Part shown: positions 1 through 15,000 of the stretch, piece by piece
Numbering within the stretch: the stretch's first letter is position 1
Layout: each line of letters opens with the position of its first letter
Source: Eledone cirrhosa
Lineage: Eukaryota
NCBI GenBank assembly: GCA_964016885.1
Contig: OZ024743.1
Location: forward strand, 129,642,001 to 129,706,000
Direction: 5' to 3'
DNA: 64,000 nt
Notes under the pieces: model-generated
Database searches by the model: none
The model's input: only the letters and a program-made list of their open reading frames with translations
What the model was told of the DNA's origin: nothing
Made by a program: the position numbers and the translations under genes

Positions 1-512
1 AACACCAAGCACCAAGCACCAAACACCAAACAACAAGCACCAGGCACCAAGCACCAAACACCAAACACCAAGCACCAAGCACCAAACACCAAACACCAAG
101 CACGCAGCATCAAACACCAAACACCAAACCACAAGCAGCAAACACCAAACCCCAAGCACCAAGCACCAAACACTAATCACCGAGCACCAAGCATCAAGCC
201 CCTAGCACCAAACACCAAACACCAAGCACCAAGCACAAAACACCAAGCACCAATCACCAAGCACCAAACACCAAGCAGCAAGCAGCAAGCACCAAACACC
301 AAAACCAAGCACCAAGCACCAAACACCAAGCACCAAACATCAAACACCAAGCACCAAGCACCAAACACCTAACACCAAGCACCAAGCACCAAGCACCAAG
401 CACCAAACAATAAGCACCAAACACCAAGCACCAAGCAGCAAACACCAAGCACCAGGCGCCAAGCACCAAACACCAAGCACCAAGCACCAAACACCAAGCA
501 CCAAGCACCAAA

Positions 513-1345
513 CACTAATCACCAAACACCAAGCACCAAACAACAAGCACCAAGCACCAAGCACCAGGCACCAAGCACCCAGCACCAAACACAGAACACC
601 AAGCACCAAGCACCAAGCAGCAAACACCAAGCATCAAACACCAAACACCAAACACCAAGCACCAAACACCAAGCACCAAGCACCAATCACCAAACACCAA
701 GCACCAAGCACCAAGCACCAAACACCAAACACCAAGCACCAAACACCAGATACCAAGCACCAAGCACCAAACACCAAACACCAAGCACCAAGCAGCAAAC
801 ACCAAACAACAAGCACCAGGCACCAAGCACGAAACACCAAACACCAAGCACCAAGCACCAAACACCAAACACCAAGCACGCAGCATCAAACACAAAGCAC
901 CAAGCACCAAGCACCAAACACCAAGCACCAAGCACCAAGTACCAAACACCAAGCACCAAGCACCAAACACCAAACACCAAGCACCAAGCACCAAGCACGA
1001 AACACCAGGCACCAAGCACCAAGCACCAAACACCAAACACCAAGCACCAAACACCAGCCACCAAGCACCAAGCACCAAACACCAAACACCAAGCACTTAG
1101 CACCAAACACCAAACAACAAGCAGCAGGCACCAAGCACCAAACACCAAACACCAAGCACGCAGCACCAAACACCAAGCACCAAGCACCAAGCACCAAACA
1201 CCAAGCACCAAGCACCAAGCACCAAACACCAAACACCAAACACCAAGCACCAAGAACCAAACACCAAACACCAAACAGCAAGCACCAAGCACCAAACACC
1301 AAGTACCAAACACCAAACCCCAAGCACCAATCACCAAACGCTAAT
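513..1345 (+). repeat. Recurrent ~0.82-kb variant module of the left subfamily
   Basis: Same order of landmarks (CACTAAT, CCAGATACC, CACGCAG-CATCAAA, CACCAGC, CACTTAG, CCCCAAG-CACCAAT-CACCAAA-CGCTAAT) recurs at ~4012-4837, 15671-16496, 17890-18715 and 23659-24484, with partial copies at ~2040-2598 and 20190-20926. Near-identical 271-aa minus ORFs at 4014, 15673, 17892 and 23661 mark the copies. Confidence 0.85.
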
Positions 1346-3117
1346 CACCAAGCACCAAGCACCAAGCACCAAACACCAAGCACCAAGCACCAAGCACTAA
1401 ACACCAAGCACCAAGCACCAAACACCAAACACCAAACACCAAGCACCAAGCACCAAATAGCAAGCACGAAACACCAAGCACCAAACACCAAGCACCAAAC
1501 ACCAAGCCCCACTCACCAAGCACCAAACACCAAACACCAAGCACCAAGCACCAAACACCAAGCACCAAGCACCAAGCCCCTAGCACCAAACACCAAACAC
1601 CAAGCAAAAAGCACAAAGCACCAAGCACCAATCACCAAGCACCAAACACCAAGCAGCAAGCAGCAAGCACCAAACACCAAACACCAAGCACCAAGCACCA
1701 AATACCAAACACCAAGCACCAAGGACCAAACATCAAACACCAAGCACCAAGCACCAAACGCCTAACACCAAGCACCAAGCACCAAGCACCAAGCACCAAT
1801 CACCTAACACCAAGCACCAAGCACCAAGCACCAAGCACCAGGCACCAAGCACCAAACACCAAGCACCAAGCACCAAATACCAAGCACAAAACACAAAGCA
1901 CCCAGCACCAAACACCAAACCCCAAGCACCAAACACCAAACCTCAAGCACCAAGCACCAAACACTAATCACAAAGCACCAAGCAACAAACAACAAGCACC
2001 AATCACCAAGCACCAGGCACCAAGCACCAGGCACCAAACACTAATCACCAAGCACCAAGCACCAAGCACCAAACACCAAGCACCAAGCACCAAGCACCAA
2101 GCACGAAACACCAAACACCAAGCACCAAGCACCAAACACCAAACACCAAGCACGCAGCATCAAACACAAAGCACCAAGCACCAAGCACCAAACACCAAGC
2201 ACCAAGCACCAAGCGCCAAGTACCAAACACCAACCACCAAGCACCAAACACCAAACACCAAGCACCAAGCACCAAGCACGAAACACCAGGCACCAAGCAC
2301 CAAGCACCAAACACCAAACACCAAGCACCAAACACCAGCCACCAAGCACCAAGCACCAAACACCAAACACCAAGCACTTAGCACCAAACACCAAACAACA
2401 AGCAGCAGGCACCAAGCACCAAACACCAAACACCAAGCACCAAGCACCAAACACCAAGCACCAAGCACCAAGCACCAAACACCAAACACCAAACACCAAG
2501 CACCAAGAACCAAACACCAAACACCAAACAGCAAGCACCAAGCACCAAACACCAAGTACCAAACACCAAACCCCAAGCACCAATCACCAAACACTAATCA
2601 CCAAGCACCAAGCACCAAAGACCAAGCACCAAGCACCAAGCACCAAGCACCAAGCACCAAACACCAAGCACCAAGCACCAAACACCAAACACCAAACACC
2701 AAGCACCAAGCACCAAACAGCAAGCACCAAACACCAAGCACCAAACACCAAGCACCAAACACCAAGCCCCACGCACCAAGCACCAAACACCAAACACCAA
2801 GCACCAAGCACCAAACACCAAGCACCAAGCACCAAGACCCTAGCACCAAACACCAAACACCAAGCAAAAAGCACAAAACACCAAGCACCAATCACCAAGC
2901 ACCAAACACCAAGCAGCAAGCAGCAAGCACCAAACACCAAACACCAAGCACCAAGCACCAAATACTAAACACCAAGCACCAAGGACCAAACATCAAACAC
3001 CAAGCACCAAGCACCAAACGCCTAATACCAAGCACCAAGCACCAAGCACCAAGCACCAAACACCAAGCACCAATCACCTAACACCAAGCACCAAGCACCA
3101 AACACCAAGCACCAAGC

Positions 3118-3300
3118 ACCTAGCACCAAACACCAAACACCAAGCACCAAGCACCAAACACCAAGCACCAATCACCAAGCACCAAACACCAAGCAGCAAG
3201 CAGCAAGCACCAAACACCAAACACCAAGCACCAAGCACCAAACACCAAGCACCAAGGACCAAACATCAAACAACAAGCACCAAGCTCTAAACACCTAACA
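3118..3300 (+). repeat. Recurrent ~180-bp variant module (CACCTAG...CACCAAT...CAGCAAG CAGCAAG...GACCAAA CATCAAA...CACCTAA)
   Basis: Same landmark order near 6290, 9153, 10033, 11327, 14193, 19671, 25524, 26557, 29391, 30424, 34555, 40288, 43105, 51193, 54971, 60448 and 63498. Right-hand copies have CATCATA in place of CATCAAA. Confidence 0.85.
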
Positions 3301-6300
3301 CCAAGCACCAAGCACCAAGCACCAAACACCAAGCACATAACACCAAGCACCAAACACCAAGCACCAAGCACCAAACACCAAGCACCAAACACCAAGCACC
3401 AAGCACCAAACACCAAGCACCAAGCACCAATCACCAAACACCAAGCACCAAGCACCAAGCACCAAACAACAAGCACCAAGCACCAAGCACCAGGCACCAA
3501 GCACCAAGCACCAAACACAAAACACCAAGCACCAAGCACCAAGCAACAAACACCAAGCATCAAACACCAAACACCAAACACCAAGCACCAAACACCAAGC
3601 ACCAAGCACCAATCACCAAACACCAAGCACCAAGCACCAAGCACCAAACACCAAGCACCAAGCACCAAGCACCAGGCACCAAGCACCAAGCACCAAACAC
3701 AAAACACCAAGCACCAAACACCAAGCAGCAAGCAGCAAGCACCAAACACCAAAACCAAGCACCAAGCACCAAACACCAAGCACCAAACATCAAACACCAA
3801 GCACCAAGCACCAAACACCTAACACCAAGCACCAAGCACCAAGCACCAAGCACCAAACAATAAGCACCAAACACCAAGCACCAAGCAGCAAACACCAAGC
3901 ACCAGGCACCAAGCACCAAACACCAACCACCAAGCACCAAACACCAAGCACCAAGCACCAAACACCAAACTCCAAGCACGAAACACCAAACCGCAAGCAC
4001 CAAGCACCAAACACTAATCACCAAGCACCAAGCACCAAACAACAAGCACCAAGCACCAAGCACCAGGCACCAAGCACCCAGCACCAAACACAAAACACCA
4101 AGCACCAAGCACGAAGCAGCAAACACCAAGCATCAAACACCAAACACCAAACACCAAGCACCAAACACCAAGCACCAAGCACCAAACACCAAACACCAAG
4201 CACCAAGCACCAAGCACCAAACACCAAACACCAAGCACCAAACACCAGATACCAAGCACCAAGCACCAAACACCAAACACCAAGCACCAAGCAGCAAACA
4301 CCAAACAACAAGCACCAGGCACCAAGCACGAAACACCAAACACCAAGCACCAAGCACCAAACACCAAACACCAAGCACGCAGCATCAAACACAAAGCACT
4401 AAGCACCAAGCACCAAACACCAAGCACCAAGTACCAAACACCAACCACCAAGCACCTAACACCAAACACCAAGCACCAAGCACCAAGCACGAAACACCAG
4501 GCACCAAGCACCAAGCACCAAACACCAAACACCAAGCACCAAACACCAGCCACCAAGCACCAAGCACCAAACACCAAACACCAAGCACTTAGCACCAAAC
4601 ACCAAACAACAAGCAGCAGGCACCAAGCACCAAACACCAAACACCAAGCACGCAGCACCAAACACCAAGCACCAAGCACCAAGCACCAAACACCAAGCAC
4701 CAAGCACCAAGCACCAAACACCAAACACCAAACACCAAGCACCAAGAACCAAACACCAAACACCAAACAGCAAGCACCAAGCACCAAACACCAAGTACCA
4801 AACACCAAACCCCAAGCACCAATCACCAAACGCTAATCACCAAGCACCAAGCACCAAACACCAAGCACCAAGCACCAAGCACCAAGCACCAAGCACCAAA
4901 CACCAAGCACCAAGCACCAAACACCAAACACCAAACACCAAGCACCAAGCACCAAACAGCAAGCACCAAACACCAAGCACCAAACACCAAGCACCAAACA
5001 CCAAGCCCCACGCACCAAGCACCAAACACCAAACACCAAGCACCAAGCACCAAACACCAAGCACCAAGCACCAAGACCCTAGCACCAAACACCAAACACC
5101 AAGCAAAAAGCACAAAACACCAAGCACCAATCACCAAGCACCAAACACCAAGCAGCAAGCAGCAAGCACCAAACACCAAACACCAAGCACCAAGCACCAA
5201 ATACCAAACACTAAGCACCAAGGACCAAACATCAAACACCAAGCACCAAGCACCAAACGCCTAACACCAAGCACCAAGCACCAAGCACCAAGCACCAATC
5301 ACCTAACACCAAGCACCAAGCACCAAACACCAAGCAGCAGGCACCAAGCACCAAACACCAAGCACCAAGCACCAAATACCAAGCACCAAACACAAAGCAC
5401 CCAGCACCAAACACCAAACCCCAAGCACCAAACACCAAACCTCAAGCACCAAGCACCAAACACTAATCACCAAGCACCAAGCACCAAACAACAAGCACCA
5501 AGCACCAAGCACCAGGCACCAAGCACCAGGCACCAAACACTAATCACCAAGCACCAAGCACCAAGCACCAAACACCAAGCACCAAGCACCAAGCACCAAA
5601 CACCAAGCACCAAGCACCAAAGACCAAGCACCAAGCACCAAGTACCAAGCACCAAACAATAAGCACCAAGCACCAAGCACCAAGCACCAAACACCAAGCA
5701 CCAAACACCAAACACCAAGCACCAAGCACCTAGCACCAAACACCAAACACCAAGCACCAAGCACCAAACACCAAGCACCAAGCACTAAGCACCAAACACC
5801 AAGCCCCAAGCACCAAGCACCAATCACCAAACACCAAGCACCAAGCACCAAACACCAAACACCAAACACCAAGCACCAAGCACCAAACAGCAAGCACCAA
5901 ACACCAAGCACCAAACACCAAGCACCAAACACCAAGCCCCACGCACCAAGCACCAAACACCAAACACCAAGCACCAAGCACCAAACACCAAGCACCAAGC
6001 ACCAAGACCCTAGCACCAAACACCAAACACCAAGCAAAAAGCACAAAACACCAAGCACCAATCACCAAGCACCAAACACCAAGCAGCAAGCAGCAAGCAC
6101 CAAACACCAAACACCAAGCACCAAGCACCAAATACTAAACACCAAGCACCAAGGACCAAACATCAAACACCAAGCACCAAGCACCAAACGCCTAATACCA
6201 AGCACCAAGCACCAAGCACCAAGCACCAAACACCAAGCACCAATCACCTAACACCAAGCACCAAGCACCAAACACCAAGCACCAAGCACCTAGCACCAAA

Positions 6301-9300
6301 CACCAAACACCAAGCACCAAGCACCAAACACCAAGCACCAATCACCAAGCACCAAACACCAAGCAGCAAGCAGCAAGCACCAAGCACCAAACACCAAGCA
6401 CCAAGCACCAAACACCAAGCACCAAGGACCAAACATCAAACAACAAGCACCAAGCTCTAAACACCTAACACCAAGCACCAAGCACCAAGCACCAAACACC
6501 AAGCACATAACACCAAGCACCAAACACCAAGCACCAAGCACCAAACACCAAGCACCAAACACCAAGCACCAAGCACCAGACACCAAACACCAAGCAGCAA
6601 TCACCAAACACCAAGCACCAAGCACCAAGCACCAAACACCAAGCACCAAGCACCAAGCACCAGGCACCAAGCACCAAGCACCAAACACAAAACACCAAGC
6701 ACCAAGCACCAAGCAACAAACACCAAGCATCAAACACCAAACACCAAACACCAAGCACCAAACACCAAGAACCAAGCACCAAACACCAAACACCAAGCAC
6801 CAAGCACCAAGCACCAAACACCAAACACCAAGCACCAAACACAAGATACCAAGCACCAAGCAACAAACACCAAACACCAAGCACCAAGCACCAAACACCA
6901 AACAACAAGCACCAGGCACCAAGCATCAAACACCAAACACCAAGCACCAAGCACCAAACACCAAACACCAAGCACGCACCATCAAACACCAAACACCAAG
7001 CCACAAGCACCAAACACCAAACCTGAAGCACCAGGAACCAAACACTAATCACCGAGCACCAAGCACCAAGCCCCTAGCACCAAACACCAAACACCAAGCA
7101 CCAAGCACAAAACACCAAGCACCAATCACCAAGCACCAAACACCAAGCAGCAAGCAGCAAGCACCAAACACCAAAACCAAGCACCAAGCACCAAACACCA
7201 AGCACCAAACATCAAACACCAAGCACCAAGCACCAAACACCTAACACCAAGCACCAAGCACCAAGCACCAAGCACCAAACAATAAGCACCAAACACCAAG
7301 CACCAAGCAGCAAACACCAAGCACCAGGCACCAAGCACCAAACACCAAGCACCAAGCACCAAACACCAAGCACCAAGCACCAAACACCAAACTCCAAGCA
7401 CGAAACACCAAACCGCAAGCACCAAGCACCAAACACTAATCACCAAGCACCAAGCACCAAACAACAAGCACCAAGCACCAAGCACCAGGCACCAAGCACC
7501 CAGCACCAAACACAAAACACCAAGCACCAAGCACCAAGCAGCAAACACCAAGCATCAAACACCAAACACCAAACACCAAGCACCAAACACCAAGCACCAA
7601 GCACCAAACACCAAACACCAAGCACCAAGCACCAAGCACCAAACACCAAACACCAAGCACCAAACACCAGATACCAAGCACCAAGCACCAAACACCAAAC
7701 ACCAAGCACCAAGCACCAAGCACCAAACACCAAGCACCAAGCACCAAACACCAAACACCAAACACCAAGCACCAAGCACCAATCAGCAAGCACCAAACAC
7801 CAAGCACCAAACACCAAGCACCAAACACCAAGCCCCACGCACCAAGCACCAAACACCAAACACCAAGCACCAAGCACCAAACACCAAGCACCAAGCACCA
7901 AGACCCTAGCACCAAACACCAAACACCAAGCAAAAAGCACAAAACACCAAGCACCAATCACCAAGCACCAAACACCAAGCAGCAAGCAGCAAGCACCAAA
8001 CACCAAACACCAAGCACCAAGCACCAAATACTAAACACCAAGCACCAAGGACCAAACATCAAACACCAAGCACCAAGCACCAAACGCTAATCACCAAGCA
8101 CCAAGCACCAAACACCAAGCACCAAGCACCAAGCACCAAGCACCAAGCACCAAACACCAAGCACCAAGCACCAAACACCAAACACCAAACACCAAGCACC
8201 AAGCACCAAACAGCAAGCACCAAACACCAAGCACCAAACACCAAGCGCCAAACACCAAGCCCCACGCACCAAGCACCAAACACCAAACACCAAGCACCAA
8301 GCACCAAACACCAAGCACCAAGCACCAAGACCCTAGCACCAAACACCAAACACCAAGCAAAAAGCACAAAACACCAAGCACCAATCACCAAGCACCAAAC
8401 ACCAAGCAGCAAGCAGCAAGCACCAAACACCAAACACCAAGCACCAAGCACCAAATACCAAACACCAAGCACCAAGGACCAAACATCAAACACCAAGCAC
8501 CAAGCACCAAACGCCTAACACCAAGCACCAAGCACCAAGCACCAAGCACCAATCACCTAACACCAAGCACCAAGCACCAAACACCAAGCACCAGGCACCA
8601 AGCACCGAACACCAAGCACCAAGCACCAAATACCAAGCACCAAACACAAAGCACCCAGCACCAAACACCAAACCCCACAGCACCAAACACCAAACCTCAA
8701 GCACCAAGCACCAAACACTAATCACCAAGCACCAAGCACCAAACAACAAGCACCAAGCACCAAGCACCAGGCACCAAGCACCAGGCACCAAACACTAATC
8801 ACCAAGCACCAAGCACCAAGCACCAAACACCAAGCACCAAGCACCAAGCACCAAACACCAAGCACCAAGCACCAAACACCAAACACCAAGCACCAAGGAC
8901 CAAGCACCAAGCACCAAGTACCAAGCACCAAACACCAAGCACCAAGCACCAAGCACCAAGCACCAAACACCAAGCACCAAACACCAAACACCAAGCACCA
9001 AGCACCTAGCACCAAACACCAAACACCAAGCACCAAGCACCAAACAACAAGCACCAAGCACTAAGCACCAAACACCAAGCCCCAAGCACCAAGCACCAAA
9101 CACCAAACACCAAGCACCAAGCACCAAACACCAAGCACCAAGCACCAAGCACCTAGTACCAAACACCAAACACCAAGCACCAAGCACCAAACACCAAGTA
9201 CCAATCACCAAGCACCAAACACCAAGCAGCAAGCAGCAAGCACCAAACACCAAACACCAAGCACCAAGCACCAAACACCAAGCACCAAGGACCAAACATC

Positions 9301-12069
9301 AAACACCAAGCACCAAGCTCCAAACACCTAACACCAAGCACCAAGCACCAAGCACCAAACACCAAGCACATAACACCAAGCACCAAACACCAAGCACCAA
9401 GCACCAAACACCAAGCACCAAGCACCAATCACCAAACACCAAGCACCAAGCACCAAGCACCAAACACCAAGCACCAAGCACCAGGCACCAAGCACCAAGC
9501 ACCAAGCAACAACACCAAACACCAAGCACCAAGCACCAAACACCAAACAACAAGCACCAGGCACCAAGCACCAAACACCAAACACCAAGCACCAAGCACC
9601 AAACACCAAACACCAAGCACGCAGCATCAAACACCAAAAACCAAGCACCAAGCAGCAAACACCAAGCACCAAGCACCAAACACAAAGCACCAAGCACCAA
9701 ACACCAAGCACCAAACACCAAGCACCAAGCACCAAACACCAAACCACAAGCACCAAACACCAAACCCCAAGCACCAAGCACCAAACACTAATCACCGAGC
9801 ACCAAGCACCAAACAACAAGCACCAAGCACCCAGCACCAAACACCAAACACCAAGCACCAAACACCAAACACCATCACCAAGCACCAAGCACCAAGCACC
9901 AAACACCAAGCACCAAACACCAAGTACCAAGCACTAAGCACCAAACACCAAGCTCCAAGCACCAAGCACCAAACACCAAACACCAAGCACCAAGCACCAA
10001 ACACCAAGCACCAAGCACCAAGCACCAAGCACCTAGCACCAAACCCCAAACACCAAGCACCAAGCACCAAACACCAAGGACCAATCACCAAGCACCAAAC
10101 ACCAAGCAGCAAGCAGCAAGCACCAAACACCAAACACCAAGCACCAAGCACCAAACACCAAGCACCAAGGACCAAACATCAAACACCAAGCACCAAGCAC
10201 CAAACACCTAACACCAAGCACCAAGCACCAAGCACCAAGCACCCAACACCAAGCACCAGACACCAAGCACCAAGCACCAAACACCAAACACCAAACACCA
10301 AGCACCAAGCACCAAACACCAAGCACCAGGCACCAAGCACCAAACACCAAGCACCATGCACCAAGCACCAAGCCCCAAACACTTAACACCAAGCACCAAG
10401 CACCAAACACCAAGCACCAAGCACCAAACACCAAACCACAAGCACCAAACACCAAACCCCAAGCACCAAGCACCAAACACTAATCACCGAGCACCAAGCA
10501 CCAAACAACAAGCACCAAGCACCAAGCACCAGGCACCAAGAACCAAGCACCAAACAATAATCACCAAGCACCAAGCACCAAGCACCAAACACCAAGCACC
10601 AAGCACCAAACACCAAACACCAAGCACCAAACACCAACCACCCAGCACCAAGCACCAAGCACCAAACACCAAGCACCAAACACCAAACACCAACACCAAG
10701 CACCAAGCACCAAGCACCAAACACCAAGCACCAAGCACCAAGCACTAAGCACCAAACACCAAGCTCCAAGCACCAAGCACCAAACACCAAACACCAAGCA
10801 CCAAGCACCAAACACCAAGCACCAAAAACCAAACACCAGGCACCAAGCACCAAGCACCAAACACAAAACACCAAGCACCAAGCACCAAGCAGCAAACACC
10901 AAGCATCAAACACCAAACACCAAACACCAAGCACCAAGCACCAAGCACCAAGCACCAAACACCAAACACCAAGTACCAAGCACCAAGCACCAAACACCAA
11001 ACACCAAGCACCAAACACCGAACACCAAGCACCAAGCACCAAACACCAAACAACAAGCACCAGGCACCAAGCACCAAGGACCAAACATCAAACACCAAGC
11101 ACCAAGCACCAAACACCTAACACCAAACACCAAACACCAAGCACCAAGCACCAAACACCAAACACCAAGTACCAAGCACCAAGCACCAAACACCAAACAC
11201 CAAGCACCAAACACCAAACACCAAGCACCAAGCACCAAACACCAAACAACAAGCACCAGGCACCAAGCACCAAACACCAAACACCAATCACGCAGCATCA
11301 AACACCAAGCACCAAGCACCAAGCACCTAGCACCAAACACCAAACACCAAGCACCAAACACCAAGGACCAATCACCAAGCACCAAACACCAAGCAGCAAG
11401 CAGCAAGCACCAAACACCAAACACCAAGCACCAAGCACCAAACACCAAGCACCAAGGACCAAACATCAAACACCAAGCACCAAGCACCAAACACCTAACA
11501 CCAAGCACCAAGCACCAAGTACCAAGCACCCAACACCAAGCACCAAGCCCCAAACACTTAACACCAAGCACCAAGCACCAAACACCAAGCACCAAGCACC
11601 AAACACCAAACCACAGGCACCAAACACCAAACCCCAAGCACCAAGCACCAAACACTAATCACCGAGCACCAAGCACCAAACAACAAGCACCAAGCACCAA
11701 GCACCAGGCACCAAGAACCAAGCACCAAACAATAATCACCAAGCACCAAGCAACAAGCACCAAACACCAAGCACCAAGCACCAAACACCAAACACCAAGC
11801 ACCAAACACCAACCACCCAGCACCAAGCACCAAGCACCAAACACGAAGCACCAAACACCAAACACCAACACCAAGCACCAAGCACTAAGCACCAAACACC
11901 AAGCACCAAGCACCAAGCACTAAGCACCAAACACCAAGCTCCAAGCGCCAAGCACCAAACACCAAACACCAAGCACCAAGCACCAAACACCAAGCACCAA
12001 CCACCAAGCACCAAGCACCTAGCGCCAAACACCAAACACCAAGCACCAAGCACCAAACACCAAGGAACA

Positions 12070-15000
12070 ATCACCAAGCACCAAACACCAAGCAGCAAGC
12101 AGCAAGCACCAAACACCAAACACCAAGCACCAAGCACCAAACACCAAGCACCAAGGACCAAACATCAAACACCAAGCACCAAGCACCAAGCACCAAGCAC
12201 CCAACACCAAGCACCAAACACCAAGCACCAAACACCAAGCACCAAGCACCAAACACCAAACACCAAACACCAAGCACCAAGCACCAAACACCAAGCACCA
12301 GGCACCAAGCAGCAAACACCAAGCACCATGCTCCAAGCACCAAGCCCCAAACACTTAACACCAAGCACCAAGCACCAAGCACCAGGCACCAAGCACCAAA
12401 CACCAAGCACCATGCACCAAGCACCAAGCCCCAAACACTTAACACCAAGCACCAAGCACCAAACACCAAGCACCAAAAACCAAACACCAGGCACCAAGCA
12501 CCAAGCACCAAACACAAAACACCAAGCACCAAGCACCAAGCAGCAAACACCAAGCATCAAACACCAAACACCAAACACCAAGCACCAAACACCAAGCACC
12601 AAGCACCAAACACCAAACACCAAGTACCAAGCACCAAGCACCAAACACCAAACACTAAGCACCAAACACCAAACACCAAGCACTAAGCACCAAACACCAA
12701 ACAACAAGCACCAGGCACCAAGCACCAAACACCAAACACCAAGCACGCAGCATCAAACACCAAGCACCAAGCACCAAACACCAAGCACCAAGCACCAAGC
12801 ACCAAGTACCAAACACCAAACACCAAGCACCAAACACCAAACACCAAGCACCAAGCACCAAGCACCAAGCACGAAACACCATGCACGAAGCACCAAGCAC
12901 CAAACACCAAACACCAAGCACCAAACACCAGCCACCAAGCACCAAGCACCAAACACCAAACACCAAGCACTAAGCACCAAAAACCAAACAAGCACCAGGC
13001 ACCAAGCACCAAACACCAAACACCAAGCACGCAGCACCAAACACCAAGCACCAAGCACCAAGCACCAAACACCAAGCACCAAGCACCAAGCACCAAACAC
13101 CATACACCAAACACCAAGCACCAAGAACCAAACACCAAACACCAAACAGCAAGCACCAAGCACCAAACCCGAAGCACCAAACACCAAAACCGAAGCACCA
13201 ATCACCAAACACTAATCACCAAGCACCAAGCACCAAACACCAAGCACCAAGCAGCAAGCACCAAACACCAAGCACCAAGCACCAAGCACCAAGCACCAAA
13301 CACCAAGCACCAAGCACCAAACACCAAACCCCAAGCACCAAAGTCCAAGCAACAAGCACCAAGGACCAAACACCAAGCACCAAGCACCAAGCACCAAACA
13401 CCAAGCACCAAGCACCAAACACCCAGCACCAAGCACCAAACACCAAGCACCAAGCACCAAACACCAAACACCAAACACCAAGCACCAAACAGCAAGTACC
13501 AAATACCAAACACCAAACAGCAAACATCAAACAGCAAACACCAAACACCAAACAGCAAACAGCAAATGCCAAACACCAAGCAACAAGTGCCAAGTACCAA
13601 ACATCAAACACCAAGCACCAAGCACCTAGCACAAAGCACCGAACACCAAGCACCAAACACCAAGCACCAAACACCAAGCACCAAACACCAAACACCAGGC
13701 ACCAAGCACCAAACACCAAGCACCATGCACGAAACACCAAGCACCAAGCACGAAGCACCAAACACCAAGCACCAAGCACCAAACACTTAACACCAAGCAC
13801 CAAGCACCAAGCACCAAACACCAAGCACCAGACACCAAACACCAAGCACCAAGTACCAAACACCAAGCACCAAGCACCAAACACCAAGCACCAAGCATCA
13901 AAGACCAAGCACCAAGCACCAAGTACCAAGCACCAAACAATAAGCACCAAGCACCAAGCACCAAACACCAAGCACCAAGCACCAAACACCAACCACCCCG
14001 CACCAAGCACCAAGCACCAAACACCAAGCACCAAACACCAAACATCAAACACCAAGCACCAAGCACCAAGCACCAAGCACCAAACACCAAGCACCAAGCA
14101 CTAAGCACCAAAAACCAAGCCCCAAGCACCAAGCACCAAACACCAAACACCAAGCACCAAGCACCAAACACCAAGCACCAAGCACCAAGCACCTAGCACC
14201 AAACACCAAACACCAAGCACCAAGCACCAAACACCAAGCACCATCACCAAGCACCAAACAACAAGCAGCAAGCAGCAAGCACCAAATACCAAACACCAAG
14301 CACCAAGCACCAAACACCAAGCACCAAGGACCAAACATCAAACACCAAGCACCAAGCTCCAAACACCTAACACCAAGCAAAAAGCACCAAGCACCAAACA
14401 CCAAGCACATAACACCAAGCACCAAACACCAAGCACCAAGCCCCAAACACCAAGCACCAAATACCAAGCACCAAGCACCAAGCACCAAACACCAAGCACC
14501 AGGCACCAAGCACCAAACACCAAGCACCATGCACCAAGCACCAAGCCCCAAACACTTAACACCAAGCACAAAGCACCAAGCACCAAACACCAATCACCAA
14601 AAACAAACACCAAGCACCAAGTACCAAACACCAAGCACCAAACACCAAGGACCAAGCACCAAACACCAAGCACCAAGCACCAATCACTGAACACCAAGCA
14701 CCTAGCACCAAGCACCAAACACCAAGCACCAAGCACCAAGCACCAGGCACCAAGCACCAAGCACCAAACACAAAACACCAAGCACCAAGCACCAAGCAGC
14801 AAACACCAAGCATCAAACACCAAGCACCAAACACCAAGCACCAAACACCAAGCACCAAGCACCAAACACCAAACACCAAGCACCACGCACCAAGCACCAA
14901 ACACCAAACACCAAGCACCAAACACAAGATACCAAGCACCAAGCAACAAACACCAAACACCAAGCACCAAACACCAAACAACAAGCACCAGGCACCAAGC

